Below are positions 1-8,691 of a stretch of 30,000 nucleotides of DNA, piece by piece. Position 1 is the first letter of the stretch; every line of letters starts with the position of its first letter. The notes beneath the pieces were generated by a model. The model searched no databases and had not been told where the DNA came from. It was given only the letters and a program-made list of their open reading frames with translations. The translations under genes and the position numbers were made by a program. This DNA comes from an uncultured Gammaproteobacteria bacterium (GTDB lineage: Bacteria > Pseudomonadota > Gammaproteobacteria > Steroidobacterales > Steroidobacteraceae): contig CAVYKH010000004.1 in the NCBI GenBank assembly GCA_963769075.1, positions 929,912-959,911 of the forward strand, written 5' to 3'.

Positions 1-662
1 GCGAGGAAGTCCCTTTCCGGGGGATCTGCAAAAGCACGTGTGGCCTTGCTGCGCACATGCGGAAATCAAGTGACGACCGGCCTACCACTGCAGGCGAGAG
101 GCTTGCGGCTCAATATCCCTCAAGATCCCCGGTCGCGATCGCTCTTGATACAATCTGTTATCAACATAGAAAAGAGTGCTCCCCAGAAAACTATGTCATC
201 GGCGTCGGGCGCAATTCTCTACCATGCCGAGCGGCCGGTATCGGGACATCCATCGGGCCGCTCCCGGCCAAGAGCGGAAGTTCAGGGGCTCGAATTGCCT
301 ACTCTGAAGCCGCCACTCAGAGCGTCTTCGGGCATCGAACTCAAAACCCCACGAGGTGGCCGCCGTCCTGTTGGAGTTAGGAAAGTGTCCGATCGAGTTC
401 TGTCAGCCAGCGTGCGATGCTTTCCACCAACTGCTGCGCGATAAGATCGGTGAGGATGATTTGACTTGCTTGCCGATCGCAGTTACTTCAAAGGCCAGAG
501 ATTTTCGATTTTGAGCAAGCGGGCATCAAGGCCATAGTCCCAAAGCCCATAGACAAGGCGGCGGGGCTATTCGACAAGGCAGATTTTCGCTGCTACATCC
601 GATGCAAGATCGCCAAGTAATCAGTACTCAGCCAAGTTCGCTTACCCGCCAGCGTTGCCGGC

Positions 663-1055
663 TTATCGACCCTGCTCGTGATAAAGCGGTTCCAGCCGCA
701 GTGTGGTCGGGAGGACCTCAGCCCCTACTAGCCATGCGACGTCATGCGGATACTGCCAGTACTTGCGCATGTAAGCTACGCTCACCTGCCCCTGGGTCTC
801 GGGGTCGGAAACAGGAACGGCTTGGACCAGGATGCGCTGGCCGTCGGCATAGACCGAGCACACTGACTTTGCGACCAACTCCTGATACCAGTGTCCCTGC
901 TTGCCGTTCACTGAGCGTACATACGCGTCCGACCCCACAACCACAACCCAGATGGTCCTCCGGTCCTGTTGCTCCTGCACGGTGTCAATCTCAACTTCGA
1001 TTTCTTCGATATCGTTTAGCAACCGCAAGTCGTCCGGGCCGAATGATGCACGCAT
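663..1055 (-). CDS. DUF2255 family protein
   Basis: From ORF 663..1115(-). I chose the internal ATG at 1053-1055 because AGGAG (CTCCT on + at 1063-1067) lies 7 nt upstream. The pattern ...EEIEVEI...RTIWVVVVGSDAYVRSVNG..WYQ...AYMRKY...TLRLEP matches my memory of the DUF2255 consensus. Not searched. Confidence 0.65.
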   Translation of the reverse strand: MRASFGPDDLRLLNDIEEIEVEIDTVQEQQDRRTIWVVVVGSDAYVRSVNGKQGHWYQELVAKSVCSVYADGQRILVQAVPVSDPETQGQVSVAYMRKYWQYPHDVAWLVGAEVLPTTLRLEPLYHEQGR

Positions 1056-1505
1056 GTTGCTACTCCTGATTGGTAGGTAACCCGATCGCCTCATCTGTTT
1101 GCCGACCCAATCCACCTTTGCAGTTCGCTGCCAGTATTCCGCTTTTATGCTGGAACCGTCGATCGTGTGATACTTGAATGAAAACTACGCCCGCGCTGCG
1201 CGTGGACAATGCGTAATAGTACGTAGCTTGTATTCAACATTGGTGAACCAAGCGTTGTTGAGAGCTTAACTTCTTGATAGTGGACGCAACGAAGCGCCGC
1301 GGGGAGTTTCGGTTTCCGCAAGTCAGCCGGTCATTGCAAAGCAGCATGACTGACCGATTCTCGTATTGCCGTTTCGCTGTCATCAAGCCACGCAAACCCG
1401 AGTTGAGTCCCAATTTTATGGTCAGTCTTGAACTGGAATAAATTCGCCTTTGAAGTTCTCCCAACAGGACACCTGATGCCGAAGGAGATGAGGACGATGA
1501 AGCGG

Positions 1506-1842
1506 TCAGATTCGGATGAGCGGATCTCCTATCCGCTCAGGCAAGCCGAGATCGGCACTTTTGACATCAATTGCACGCCCAGGCCTGAGATGGAGCGCGG
1601 ACCAGAGCAGCATCGAGGCGTGACCGTTTGAGGGCACAAACCGATCACGGTTGGGCCAGATCGGATCCTGCGGATCGAAGCGCAGCACGCGGTTCCACAG
1701 GGTATAGACCAAAGGCGCGAGCGCCATCGGCGTGCCGGGGTGCCCGGAATTGGCCGCCTGCACCGCATCAATCGAAAGCGTGCGGATGGTGTTAATGCAT
1801 AGCTGATCCAGCTGTGCGTCTGTCATCGGTTGAGCAACTTGC
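1506..1842 (-). pseudogene. tkt: Transketolase, N-terminal fragment (about codons 7-100), cut off from its start by the IS and truncated at the 3' end
   Basis: Translation [73 protein letters not shown] is the canonical transketolase ThDP-binding N-terminus. Similarity fades near 1590 and the stop is at 1506. A full transketolase is more than 600 aa. Confidence 0.8.
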
Positions 1843-1903
1843 TGTATAGCTCCGGATTCTCTGGACACGAGGTAAAGTGATACCAGAGGTTCGGAGGTAT
1901 GCG

Positions 1904-2200
1904 ATGGGTAAGAAGTCGGAGTTGACGGTTGAGCAGCGCACCCAGTTGGTGCTGAGGCTGTTATCGAAGGAGGAGCCCGCGGCGCAGATCGCGCGCCGCG
2001 CCGGGATTTCGGAGCAGACGCTGTATCGATGGCGCGATGAGTTTCTGCGCGGTGGGGCTGCAGGGCTTTCTGGTCGTGGGGGCAGTGATGTGCAGGCGAA
2101 AGAGATTGGGAAGCTCCAGGAGCAGCTCGCCGAGCGAGACCAGGTGATCGGAGAGATTACGGTCGCCAATCGGATTTTAAAAAAACTCTCGGGCCAGTAG
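1904..2200 (+). CDS. IS3-family transposase OrfA (HTH DNA-binding part)
   Basis: [47 protein letters not shown]..., followed by a leucine-zipper-like tail. This is typical IS3/IS911 OrfA. The ATG is at 1904 inside ORF 1877..2200. Confidence 0.85.
   Translation: MGKKSELTVEQRTQLVLRLLSKEEPAAQIARRAGISEQTLYRWRDEFLRGGAAGLSGRGGSDVQAKEIGKLQEQLAERDQVIGEITVANRILKKLSGQ
2179..2185 (+). promoter_or_regulatory. Programmed -1 ribosomal frameshift heptamer A_AAA_AAA joining orfA to orfB
   Basis: In the orfA frame the codons read TTA AAA AAA CTC. orfB is in the -1 frame and stays open from 2185 (ACT CTC GGG CCA GTA GAG...) with no stop before the rve domain. This is the classic IS3 arrangement. Confidence 0.7.
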
Positions 2201-2214
2201 AGCTCAGCGAGGAG

Positions 2215-3243
2215 TTGCGGGTGATGGTGCGCGAAGGGCTCGAAGCGGACGTTGAAGGTTCTGTGCGGCTGAAGCAGCTGCTGTGCTGGCTCGGGGTCGC
2301 CCGCTCGAGCTGGTACGGGCGGCGGAGCGGAGAGGAGCCTCGGCGCCCACCGGGCCGCAAGCCCAAGGTGATCGACCCGGCGCTTGCGGCGGCGATCGAA
2401 GCGCTTGCGCAGCGCTATCCGTGGTGGGGCTACAAGCGAATCGCGATCATTGCCCGGCGTGAAGGGCTTGGGGTGACGAACAAGCAGGTTTACCGGGTTT
2501 TCAAGGCGGCGCGGCTCTTGCAGAAGCCCCGAGTGCGCGAGGCGGCGATCTACCAGACGGCGCGGCTCTTTGAGCTCTTGCCGTCGGGACCGAACGAGCT
2601 GTGGCAGGCCGACGTGACCTACCTGCACATTCCCGGCCACGGCTGGTGGTACGCGGTGACGGTGATTGACTATTACTCGCGCTATCTGCTGGCCTGTCAC
2701 TTTACGGCCAGCTACAGCGCCCGCCAGATCGCCGCAGCGCTCGATGCAGCGCGTGCCGAAGCCGAGCGGCTGCACGGGCCGCTCGCGAAAACACCGTTCC
2801 TGGTGACCGACAACGGCTCGAGCTTTCTTGCCCGGCATTTCCAGGCGCACATCGCCGGGCGCTACGCGCACGTGCGCATCCAGTACCGTACGCCGACGCA
2901 GCTCGGGCTCCTGGAGAGATTTCACCAGACCCTCAAGACCGAAGAGGTGTACTGGAAGCTCTATACCAGTCCCGCCGAGGCACGCGAATCGCTGGAGCAG
3001 TTCCGCCGTCGCTACAACGGGGTCCGCCCGCACTGGGCGCTCGAGCCCCTGGGGGGCGGTGACGTGGTGACTCCGCAGGAAGTGTACGTTCATGGCTGCG
3101 CGGTCAAGCTCCCGAAGTGGCAGGGTTGGGCGAAAGCGGCGCGGGAGAAACTCGCTGCGATGGTCGCCGGCGCCCATCTGCCGACGAATAATCCAGTGCC
3201 GGCGACAGCGACGCTCGCCATCTCGAGGGAGGCGACAGCGTGA
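2215..3243 (+). CDS. IS3-family transposase OrfB (DDE/rve integrase core), probably made as an OrfAB fusion
   Basis: WQADVTYLHIPGHGWWYAVTVIDYYSRYLL...FLVTDNGSSFLARHF...RTPTQLGLLERFHQTLKTEEVY...YNGVRPHWAL is an rve-domain DDE signature. The first codon of the track ORF is TTG, so it is not a real start. Confidence 0.85.
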   Translation: MRVMVREGLEADVEGSVRLKQLLCWLGVARSSWYGRRSGEEPRRPPGRKPKVIDPALAAAIEALAQRYPWWGYKRIAIIARREGLGVTNKQVYRVFKAARLLQKPRVREAAIYQTARLFELLPSGPNELWQADVTYLHIPGHGWWYAVTVIDYYSRYLLACHFTASYSARQIAAALDAARAEAERLHGPLAKTPFLVTDNGSSFLARHFQAHIAGRYAHVRIQYRTPTQLGLLERFHQTLKTEEVYWKLYTSPAEARESLEQFRRRYNGVRPHWALEPLGGGDVVTPQEVYVHGCAVKLPKWQGWAKAAREKLAAMVAGAHLPTNNPVPATATLAISREATA

Positions 3244-3374
3244 AGCTCACGACCGAGAAATCGCTCACGGCCTCGATTTGCAGGGGTGCTGGGGTAGCGG
3301 GCCTCGTGAGATCTCGGCTCGTAAGGCTTTTACGGGGGCCGGATTTTCCGACCTTGGGGAAAAAAACCGGAGCT

Positions 3375-3395
3375 TCTGCCGCTGAACGCGGCAGA
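3375..3395 (+). terminator. Perfect 8-bp stem / 5-nt loop hairpin in the IS 3' untranslated part
   Basis: TCTGCCGC-TGAAC-GCGGCAGA. No clear T-tract follows, so a terminator role is uncertain. Confidence 0.25.
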
Positions 3396-3500
3396 CCGCG
3401 CTATTCAAAAAGTATTCACGAAGATCATAGACTGCCGCACGTCGTCAGCACTCACACAAAATCAGATCGAGCGTGTCCAGTTGATTTCGGAGCCAAGACA

Positions 3501-3528
3501 CTTGCATCGTACTCATGATTCTCTCCTC
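3501..3528 (-). other. tkt: Orphaned transketolase translation start: SD GAGGAGA plus the first 5 codons (MSTMQ)
   Basis: On the minus strand GAGGAGA (3522-3528) lies 5 nt upstream of ATG (3514-3516), followed by AGT ACG ATG CAA G. Once the IS is removed this joins in frame to 1842 and downstream. Confidence 0.65.
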
Positions 3529-3684
3529 GCATACTCTGACTTTGGCATTCGGTAGTATGACGCCTCTCTGGGTCGTGGTGCTTTCACATTCACGCAACTC
3601 TTCCGCGTGAGTTCGCGGTTTTAGTCGTGGGTTGTGCAGCGGCGATTTCACTCGTTTTGCTGATCAATGCCGGCTCCAGCGCAC

Positions 3685-4479
3685 TCACTCTTCCGAAGCG
3701 TCGCAGGTGTCTTTCGGCTTGGTTGCTGGCCCCCTGGAGATTGCTTGTGCGCGTGTTGCCATCTTCGTTGTCCTTTCCTGTGCGCTGCTTTGGAATGAAA
3801 TCCTGTACGAGCCAAGTTGTTGGGCGCGCCTTGCTTCCTCCCACAAGAGAAAGCCTCCCCGAAACGCGTTGCGATTGTCGCCAAGTCGACATTTTGGAGG
3901 CAGCTCTTTCAATTCCTTCGCGTTGCCACCTCCCAGCACAACTTCGTCAGGTTCGAGAGCGGCGATCAGCCGCTCGACGACATTCGCAACGTGGCGGCGC
4001 CACTTCGTCTTGCCTTTTTTCACCAGCGCCTGCTTTCCGACATAGCTCTCATAGGTTCCTTGCTTATAAGGGAGATGACCTAATTCCATGGGCTCCACGA
4101 TGCCATCCACGATGAGTGTTGATCCAAGGCCGGTTCCCAATCCCAGGAACAGCATCTTTCCATGCCGATAGCTGCCCAAACCCTGCATCGCTGCATCATT
4201 GACAAGCTTCACGGGACGGCCGAACGCACCTTTGAAGTCAAAGCCAACCCATCCCCCTCCCAGATTGCATGGTTCCGCAACAGGTCGGCTTCGCAACACC
4301 GGCCCTGGGAAGCCGATCGAGACAACGTCGTATTTCCAATCTCCGATAATCTTCTTTACTCCGGCGACCATTTGCCTAGCCGTCAGCGTCGGGCCGGAGT
4401 CAAACTTCCGTAGCTCGCGCTCGCCACTGACAAGAACCTTTACGTGGGTACCACCCACATCAATGACCAGCACTTTCAT
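3685..4479 (-). CDS. ROK-family sugar kinase (glucokinase / polyphosphate-glucokinase-like)
   Basis: MKVLVIDVGGTHVKV..., VNDAAMQGLG, LGLGTGLGS, ELGHLPY and VLGGGNAKEL are ROK/ASKHA motifs. The ATG at 4477-4479 has GGAAGGA upstream. The last 45-50 aa after ...FLLWEE have no ROK-like character. Confidence 0.8.
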   Translation of the reverse strand: MKVLVIDVGGTHVKVLVSGERELRKFDSGPTLTARQMVAGVKKIIGDWKYDVVSIGFPGPVLRSRPVAEPCNLGGGWVGFDFKGAFGRPVKLVNDAAMQGLGSYRHGKMLFLGLGTGLGSTLIVDGIVEPMELGHLPYKQGTYESYVGKQALVKKGKTKWRRHVANVVERLIAALEPDEVVLGGGNAKELKELPPKCRLGDNRNAFRGGFLLWEEARRAQQLGSYRISFQSSAQERTTKMATRAQAISRGPATKPKDTCDASEE

Positions 4480-4650
4480 AAGATCCTTCCATGCCAACAA
4501 CCATTCGGCGTCGATTTGACAGCCTCTCTCGCCGAAGTGATCGGTGATGCGTGCCGGCGCTACATGAAAAAAACTGATAGGGATCACACCATCCGATCCG
4601 GCCGCTCGGCCGTTCAGTCACCCCAGTTGCGTAACAGTTAATGCGCCTCA

Positions 4651-5199
4651 TCAAAGGTGAGCGCCGAGATCGAGGATGAGATGACAGGTGTCGTCCTGCG
4701 CGGTCTCGCGGCAAAAGGCCTTCTTCGCCAGACGCAGCATGTGGCCGTTGCGGCGCATGACCTCCGCCAGCAGTCGCGGGCAAGACCTCGTGCGGCGTGT
4801 GTGGCGGATAGCCCCGCCCAAGACCGACCGGAAGGGAGAGACTCTTTCCGGTCGCTGGAAAAACGGTCGTTGCCGCGGGGGGTAGGGGGAGCATCGCGCC
4901 CGTTCGTGGCTGACAACGTTGCGACTGATCGGCAACGAGATCATCCACCGGGCGCGCCGCGTGCAAGTGACGACGGATTCCTGAGCTTGCTGCTCAACAA
5001 TCACTTTGCTTATTGCCTCGATTTTCTGCGACAGGATGGTTCTTCGGCCATCGAGGTCGAACTGACGGGTCCGGGTCCCGCATACCGCTGCGAGAACGTA
5101 ATCGAATCGATGCGCAAGGATGCGCGTGTAGAGTCGATCCGCGTCGAGTCGACCTAAGCGCTGGCCGTCTCTGTCTTGACGGTACTCGGCGCGCCGCAC
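4651..5199 (-). CDS. Hypothetical protein, Arg-rich, possibly decayed. Its C-terminus and 3' flank resemble those of 5552..5995.
   Basis: Open frame only. The C-terminal LLAEVMRRNGHM...AHL* resembles ELHELIKRGVGM...LTL* of the next gene, and the nucleotides around the two stop codons are shared. Confidence 0.25.
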   Translation of the reverse strand: MRRAEYRQDRDGQRLGRLDADRLYTRILAHRFDYVLAAVCGTRTRQFDLDGRRTILSQKIEAISKVIVEQQAQESVVTCTRRARWMISLPISRNVVSHERARCSPYPPRQRPFFQRPERVSPFRSVLGGAIRHTRRTRSCPRLLAEVMRRNGHMLRLAKKAFCRETAQDDTCHLILDLGAHL

Positions 5200-5551
5200 G
5201 CGTTAGCGTGTGGAATGCTGCTGGTCCCCTGATAGGCAGCGGCCCTTGTGATCTCGTGGGACCGGCAAACTTAGGTGCGCTGGTACGGGAGTAGGGCTTC
5301 TGCTCGGGGGAGTCTTGGCTCGTGCGGATTCGCTCGCGGGTCCGTCGCAAGCGCAGCACAGCGTGGCCCAGAATTTTCGCGGAGCGATGCAAGCTTTTGC
5401 TCCCGCTAGGCGATCATAAGGAATTAGCTGCATGGTTGCTTTGCGGCATCCAACATCAGCAGCCGGCCGTCCGGAGTTGGGCGGGAGAGCGCCTGTGCGA
5501 CCACGCCTGAGCCCGACCCATCCGAAGCGTTCGCACGTGATATGTGCCTCA

Positions 5552-5995
5552 TCAAAGGGTGAGAGCGCGCAGTTCTTCCCGCGCCGCCTCGCTGAATTCC
5601 AGAAGGGGATCCATTCCTACCCCCCTTTTTATCAGCTCGTGCAGTTCTTCGGGTGTCTTTGGGGGGGCAAAAAAGGTATCCATTGTCTGGCGCATTATGT
5701 CCTCTGCGCTCGCCGTGGTTGGTGGTGAGCACAGAACTCGCATTCGACTGACCATGGCCCAAAGAGCGACGACTTCCTGTATGTTCGGATTGGTGCTCAC
5801 CAGGGCGTCGGCGTATGTTTTCGATGCCGCGATGATAAAATCCCTAAAAAGGTCTTGGCGTCGTGCCACATCTGCCACGAGGCGGCCGGCGTGCGCCTGC
5901 GAACGTCCGCTCACCCACGTCGTGAATCCCGTTGTCAGGCCGCCGACCACCGAACCGGCTAGTGCTGATAGCGCTGAGACATATGCGACGTCCAT
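5552..5995 (-). CDS. Hypothetical protein with a Gly/Thr-rich hydrophobic N-terminal segment
   Basis: ATG-initiated 147-aa ORF. N-terminus VSALSALAGSVVGGLTTGFTTWV, then a helical, compositionally normal body. No family recognised. Confidence 0.45.
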   Translation of the reverse strand: MDVAYVSALSALAGSVVGGLTTGFTTWVSGRSQAHAGRLVADVARRQDLFRDFIIAASKTYADALVSTNPNIQEVVALWAMVSRMRVLCSPPTTASAEDIMRQTMDTFFAPPKTPEELHELIKRGVGMDPLLEFSEAAREELRALTL

Positions 5996-6126
5996 AGGGC
6001 CAACACGCGAGAATCACGTCGGCTGCTTAAACACGCATCCTCCCCACCGACAGTACCCAACGGGATGCTTCGCCGAATAGTTCAATAGTTCCGTTATTTG
6101 CAACACGCGCCATCGCCACTTCCGAC

Positions 6127-6571
6127 ATGAGCTACTGGGTGATCTGCATCGCTGTTCTTCATGGGCGTCGGCATGCCGATATACTACTTACCCCTGACAG
6201 GACTGGCAATGGGCTCGGTCAACGAAGAGGAGACGGCATCGGCTGCGGGACTGAGGAACTTCGTGCGCACGATCTCCGTTGCCTTCGCCACATCTCTCGT
6301 CACCACGTCCTGGCAGAACCGCAGCATCATCGCCCATGCGGATTTAGCCAACGTGGTCGATCACAGCGGCCAGGCTCGCTGCCGTGATTGGCTCAGAACG
6401 GGCAGGTCGTGCGGCGAGATGCTGAACAATCTGGTCACCAGCCAAAGCCTGCTGCTGGCGACCAACGGCCTCATGATCGTGATCGGGATCATCTTCATTA
6501 TTGCCTCTGTCTCGATCGTCCTGTCACCCCGAGCGACTCGAACGGTCGATGCCGCTTCCGTTGGGCATTAA
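6127..6571 (+). pseudogene. MFS (DHA2/EmrB-like) transporter, C-terminal remnant with a frameshift near 6142-6160
   Basis: LFFMGVGMPIYYLPLTGLAMGSVNEEETASAAGLRNFVRTISVAFATSL..TSWQNR...SQSLLLATNGLMIVIGIIFI is the last 4 or so TM helices of an EmrB-type exporter. SYWVI lies in another frame just upstream. The N-terminal three quarters or so are absent. Confidence 0.7.
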
Positions 6572-6626
6572 GTCCGGCGCTGCGTATGGACGCTTTCAAA
6601 TGTCAATTGGCCTTAGCTCAAAAGAC

Positions 6627-6950
6627 TCAGGTCGTTGATTCGTCGAGAAATCCGATTTCGCGTGTATTGACACAATCGCTTCGCACCACGTGAGCCTCGG
6701 GAGTATCCTGTTTGTGCGGAGAACCATAGCCGATGTGGCTGTCCAGGACGAGAAACGTCGGGTCGAGCGCGTGCTCGATGCGATCAATGTCGTTGGCATC
6801 ACCAACCCTCAACACGTTCCAGCCATACGCAAGAAATCGTGCCGCCACATCTTCCGTGAACGTGATATTCGTGTGCCCTTCGATGGTGATGTGGTTGTTG
6901 TCCCAGATCCAGCAAAGATTGTCGAGACCGAGATGTCCGGCCAGTGCGCG
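6627..6950 (-). pseudogene. tkt: Transketolase, central fragment
   Basis: The frame of ORF 6627..6848, extended upstream, reads LAGHLGLDNLCWIWDNNHITIEGHTNITFTEDVAARFLAYGWNVLRVGDANDIDRIEHAL..LVLDSHIGYGSPHKQDTPEAH. This is the conserved transketolase mid region. It has no start and no N- or C-terminal parts. Confidence 0.75.
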
Positions 6951-7015
6951 CCAAGAAGGCGCACCAACAGAGCCATTAGTTGCCCTTGTTCGGGAGAGAT
7001 TTGCATGCCTGCCAA
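6950..7015 (-). pseudogene. Class I SAM-dependent O-methyltransferase, about 20-codon fragment abutting the transketolase fragment
   Basis: MQISPEQGQLMALLVRLLGA matches the family-3 O-methyltransferase motif (..ISPEQGQfLalLvrl.GAk..LEIGT) as I remember it. The expected LEIGT continuation is absent. Confidence 0.45.
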
Positions 7016-7035
7016 CGTTGGGACACTACTGAAAT

Positions 7036-8691
7036 TTACGGATAGGGATAACCCTTGGCCAGCGCCGTCGCCAGGCTGGCATCGTGTCCGTAAATATCAT
7101 CGCTGAAGTGGACTTCACCGTTTTCGTAGGTGAGCGCCGTCCCGTAGACGATGAAGACCGGAACGCGCTTAGCCAGGCTCACGGTCACATCGTCCTTTCC
7201 GTTGCGCATTGCTTCCTGGACCCGCTCGAGGGTCCAGCCCGGATTGTTCCGCAACACCCAAGCGGCGAGCTCGGCGGGCTTTTCGACGCGAATGCAGCCG
7301 TGGCTGAAATCACGGCGCGAACGCGAGAACAGGTCCTGGGAGGGCGTACTGTGCAGATAGACGTTGTACTCGTTCGGGAACATCAGCTTGACCAGTCCCA
7401 GCGCATTGGTAGGCCCCGGCCTCTGCCGCACCATCAACTTTCCTGCCCGCAGCTGCGCCAGCACTTCATCGGATACATCTCCTGAAGTGACCCCCGTGCC
7501 GTCATACGTCGCGACCTCGTATCTCTTGCGGGCAAGGTAGCCACGATCGCGCTGGATTGCGGGAATGATCTCGCTCCGCAGTATGCTGGGGGGCACGTTC
7601 CAGTACGGACGCAGAACAACGTAGGTCATATCTCGGCTGAAGACCGGCGTTTGCGTGCGTAGCGCTTTCCCAACCACCACCCGCATATCCATCGCGATCT
7701 TGTTGTTTTCGTCGAGGGCACGCAGACGGAAATCAGGAATGTTCACGATGATCGGCGGTGCGGAAAACTCAGTCGGCAACCACCGCCAACGCTCCAATGT
7801 GAGCTGCAGTTGGCGGACCCTGTCCTTCAACGGCACATTCAGTTGCTTTATGGTGGCGGGGCTCAGGCGACCATCGTCATCGAGGCCGTGACGGCGCTGG
7901 AAGCGTTTGAGGCCATCGACGAGCGGCCCGGCGTAGACTTGGGTTTCTCTGGCCCAGGTTGTATCCGGTGGCAGGTCACCCACGAGTCGCAAGAGACGGG
8001 CGAGGCGGGGCACGCCTGCGTATGTTTGGCCCGGATCGATCGGCTTCTCAACTTCCGGAAGCTTTTCCCAGTTGTCAGTACGCGCCAGTTCGAGGTAGTG
8101 TGCAAGCGTCTGCTCGGTCCCGCGATAGCCTCCAAACGGAGGTTCAATCTCTTGCAAGACTGCATTGAGGTCTGAAGTGATCATGATTCGATCGCGTAGA
8201 AACTGGGCCAGGTCGAGCTTCTTCTGCTCCACGCTCAGCCCGAATTTAAAATGCTGTGGATTGATCCGTCCAATGTGCAAGTCGGACACATAGCGCATCG
8301 TGCAGACGGTGAGTGCCAGGTCAAAACGCGCCACCGTCGGGCCATTCGCTGAACCCTGCAGCGCAGAGATTCTCTTCTCCCAGCGCGAAGCGTCGTAATC
8401 CTCCGGGTCGAGCCCTTTCTTCCCGGCATCTTTGAAAATCTCGATCAGCGACAGAGCTTGCGGTAGGGGTTGCGACCCCTTGACCCAGGCAGGAGCGAAT
8501 CCCGACGGTTCGTAGAATTTTAGCAGCCAATCACGATAGTCGCTGAAGTTCGGCCAGCGCATGCCCTCAAGGTTCCCGCTCGCAGCCAGATTCTCGATGT
8601 CGGGTTGTTGACCGGCGCCGAGACTTGCCAAGGACACGACAAGAAGAGCGGCTCCCCACGCGAAACGTATCCGACGGCAAGCGACGCGCAC
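7036..8691 (-). CDS. L,D-transpeptidase (YcbB/LdtD-like) with a PG-binding domain and signal peptide
   Basis: Signal-like N-terminus RRIRFAWGAALLVVSLASLGAG. PG_binding_1-like LKRFQRRHGLDDDGRLSPATIKQLN. YkuD catalytic motif YLHSTPSQDLFSRSRRDFSHGCIRV. GTG start with AGGGAG 7 nt upstream. Confidence 0.9.
   Translation of the reverse strand: MRVACRRIRFAWGAALLVVSLASLGAGQQPDIENLAASGNLEGMRWPNFSDYRDWLLKFYEPSGFAPAWVKGSQPLPQALSLIEIFKDAGKKGLDPEDYDASRWEKRISALQGSANGPTVARFDLALTVCTMRYVSDLHIGRINPQHFKFGLSVEQKKLDLAQFLRDRIMITSDLNAVLQEIEPPFGGYRGTEQTLAHYLELARTDNWEKLPEVEKPIDPGQTYAGVPRLARLLRLVGDLPPDTTWARETQVYAGPLVDGLKRFQRRHGLDDDGRLSPATIKQLNVPLKDRVRQLQLTLERWRWLPTEFSAPPIIVNIPDFRLRALDENNKIAMDMRVVVGKALRTQTPVFSRDMTYVVLRPYWNVPPSILRSEIIPAIQRDRGYLARKRYEVATYDGTGVTSGDVSDEVLAQLRAGKLMVRQRPGPTNALGLVKLMFPNEYNVYLHSTPSQDLFSRSRRDFSHGCIRVEKPAELAAWVLRNNPGWTLERVQEAMRNGKDDVTVSLAKRVPVFIVYGTALTYENGEVHFSDDIYGHDASLATALAKGYPYP

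Larger units (their letters stand above)
1843..3500 (+). mobile_element. IS3-family insertion sequence (orfA/orfB with -1 frameshift), about 1.66 kb
   Basis: Two-ORF transposase. Ends are TG...CA. The imperfect terminal inverted repeats TGTATAGCTCCGGATTCTCTGGACACG (1843-1869) and the reverse complement of 3472-3500, TGTCTTGGCTCCGAAATCAACTGGACACG, share GCTCCG-N7/8-TGGACACG. A 5-bp direct repeat CTTGC flanks the element (1838-1842 and 3501-3505). Confidence 0.75.

Noticed and set aside
40-444. Overlapping ORFs at the left edge (134 and 107 aa) and the whole 1-660 stretch
   Set aside because: No frame on either strand gave a recognisable domain, start context or coherent composition. The stretch may be decayed sequence, and I cannot support a call.
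1792-3177. 461-aa ORF on the minus strand
   Set aside because: It lies antisense to the clearly recognisable IS3 orfA/orfB. The composition is Arg/Pro/Ala-rich, typical of the shadow frame in high-GC DNA.
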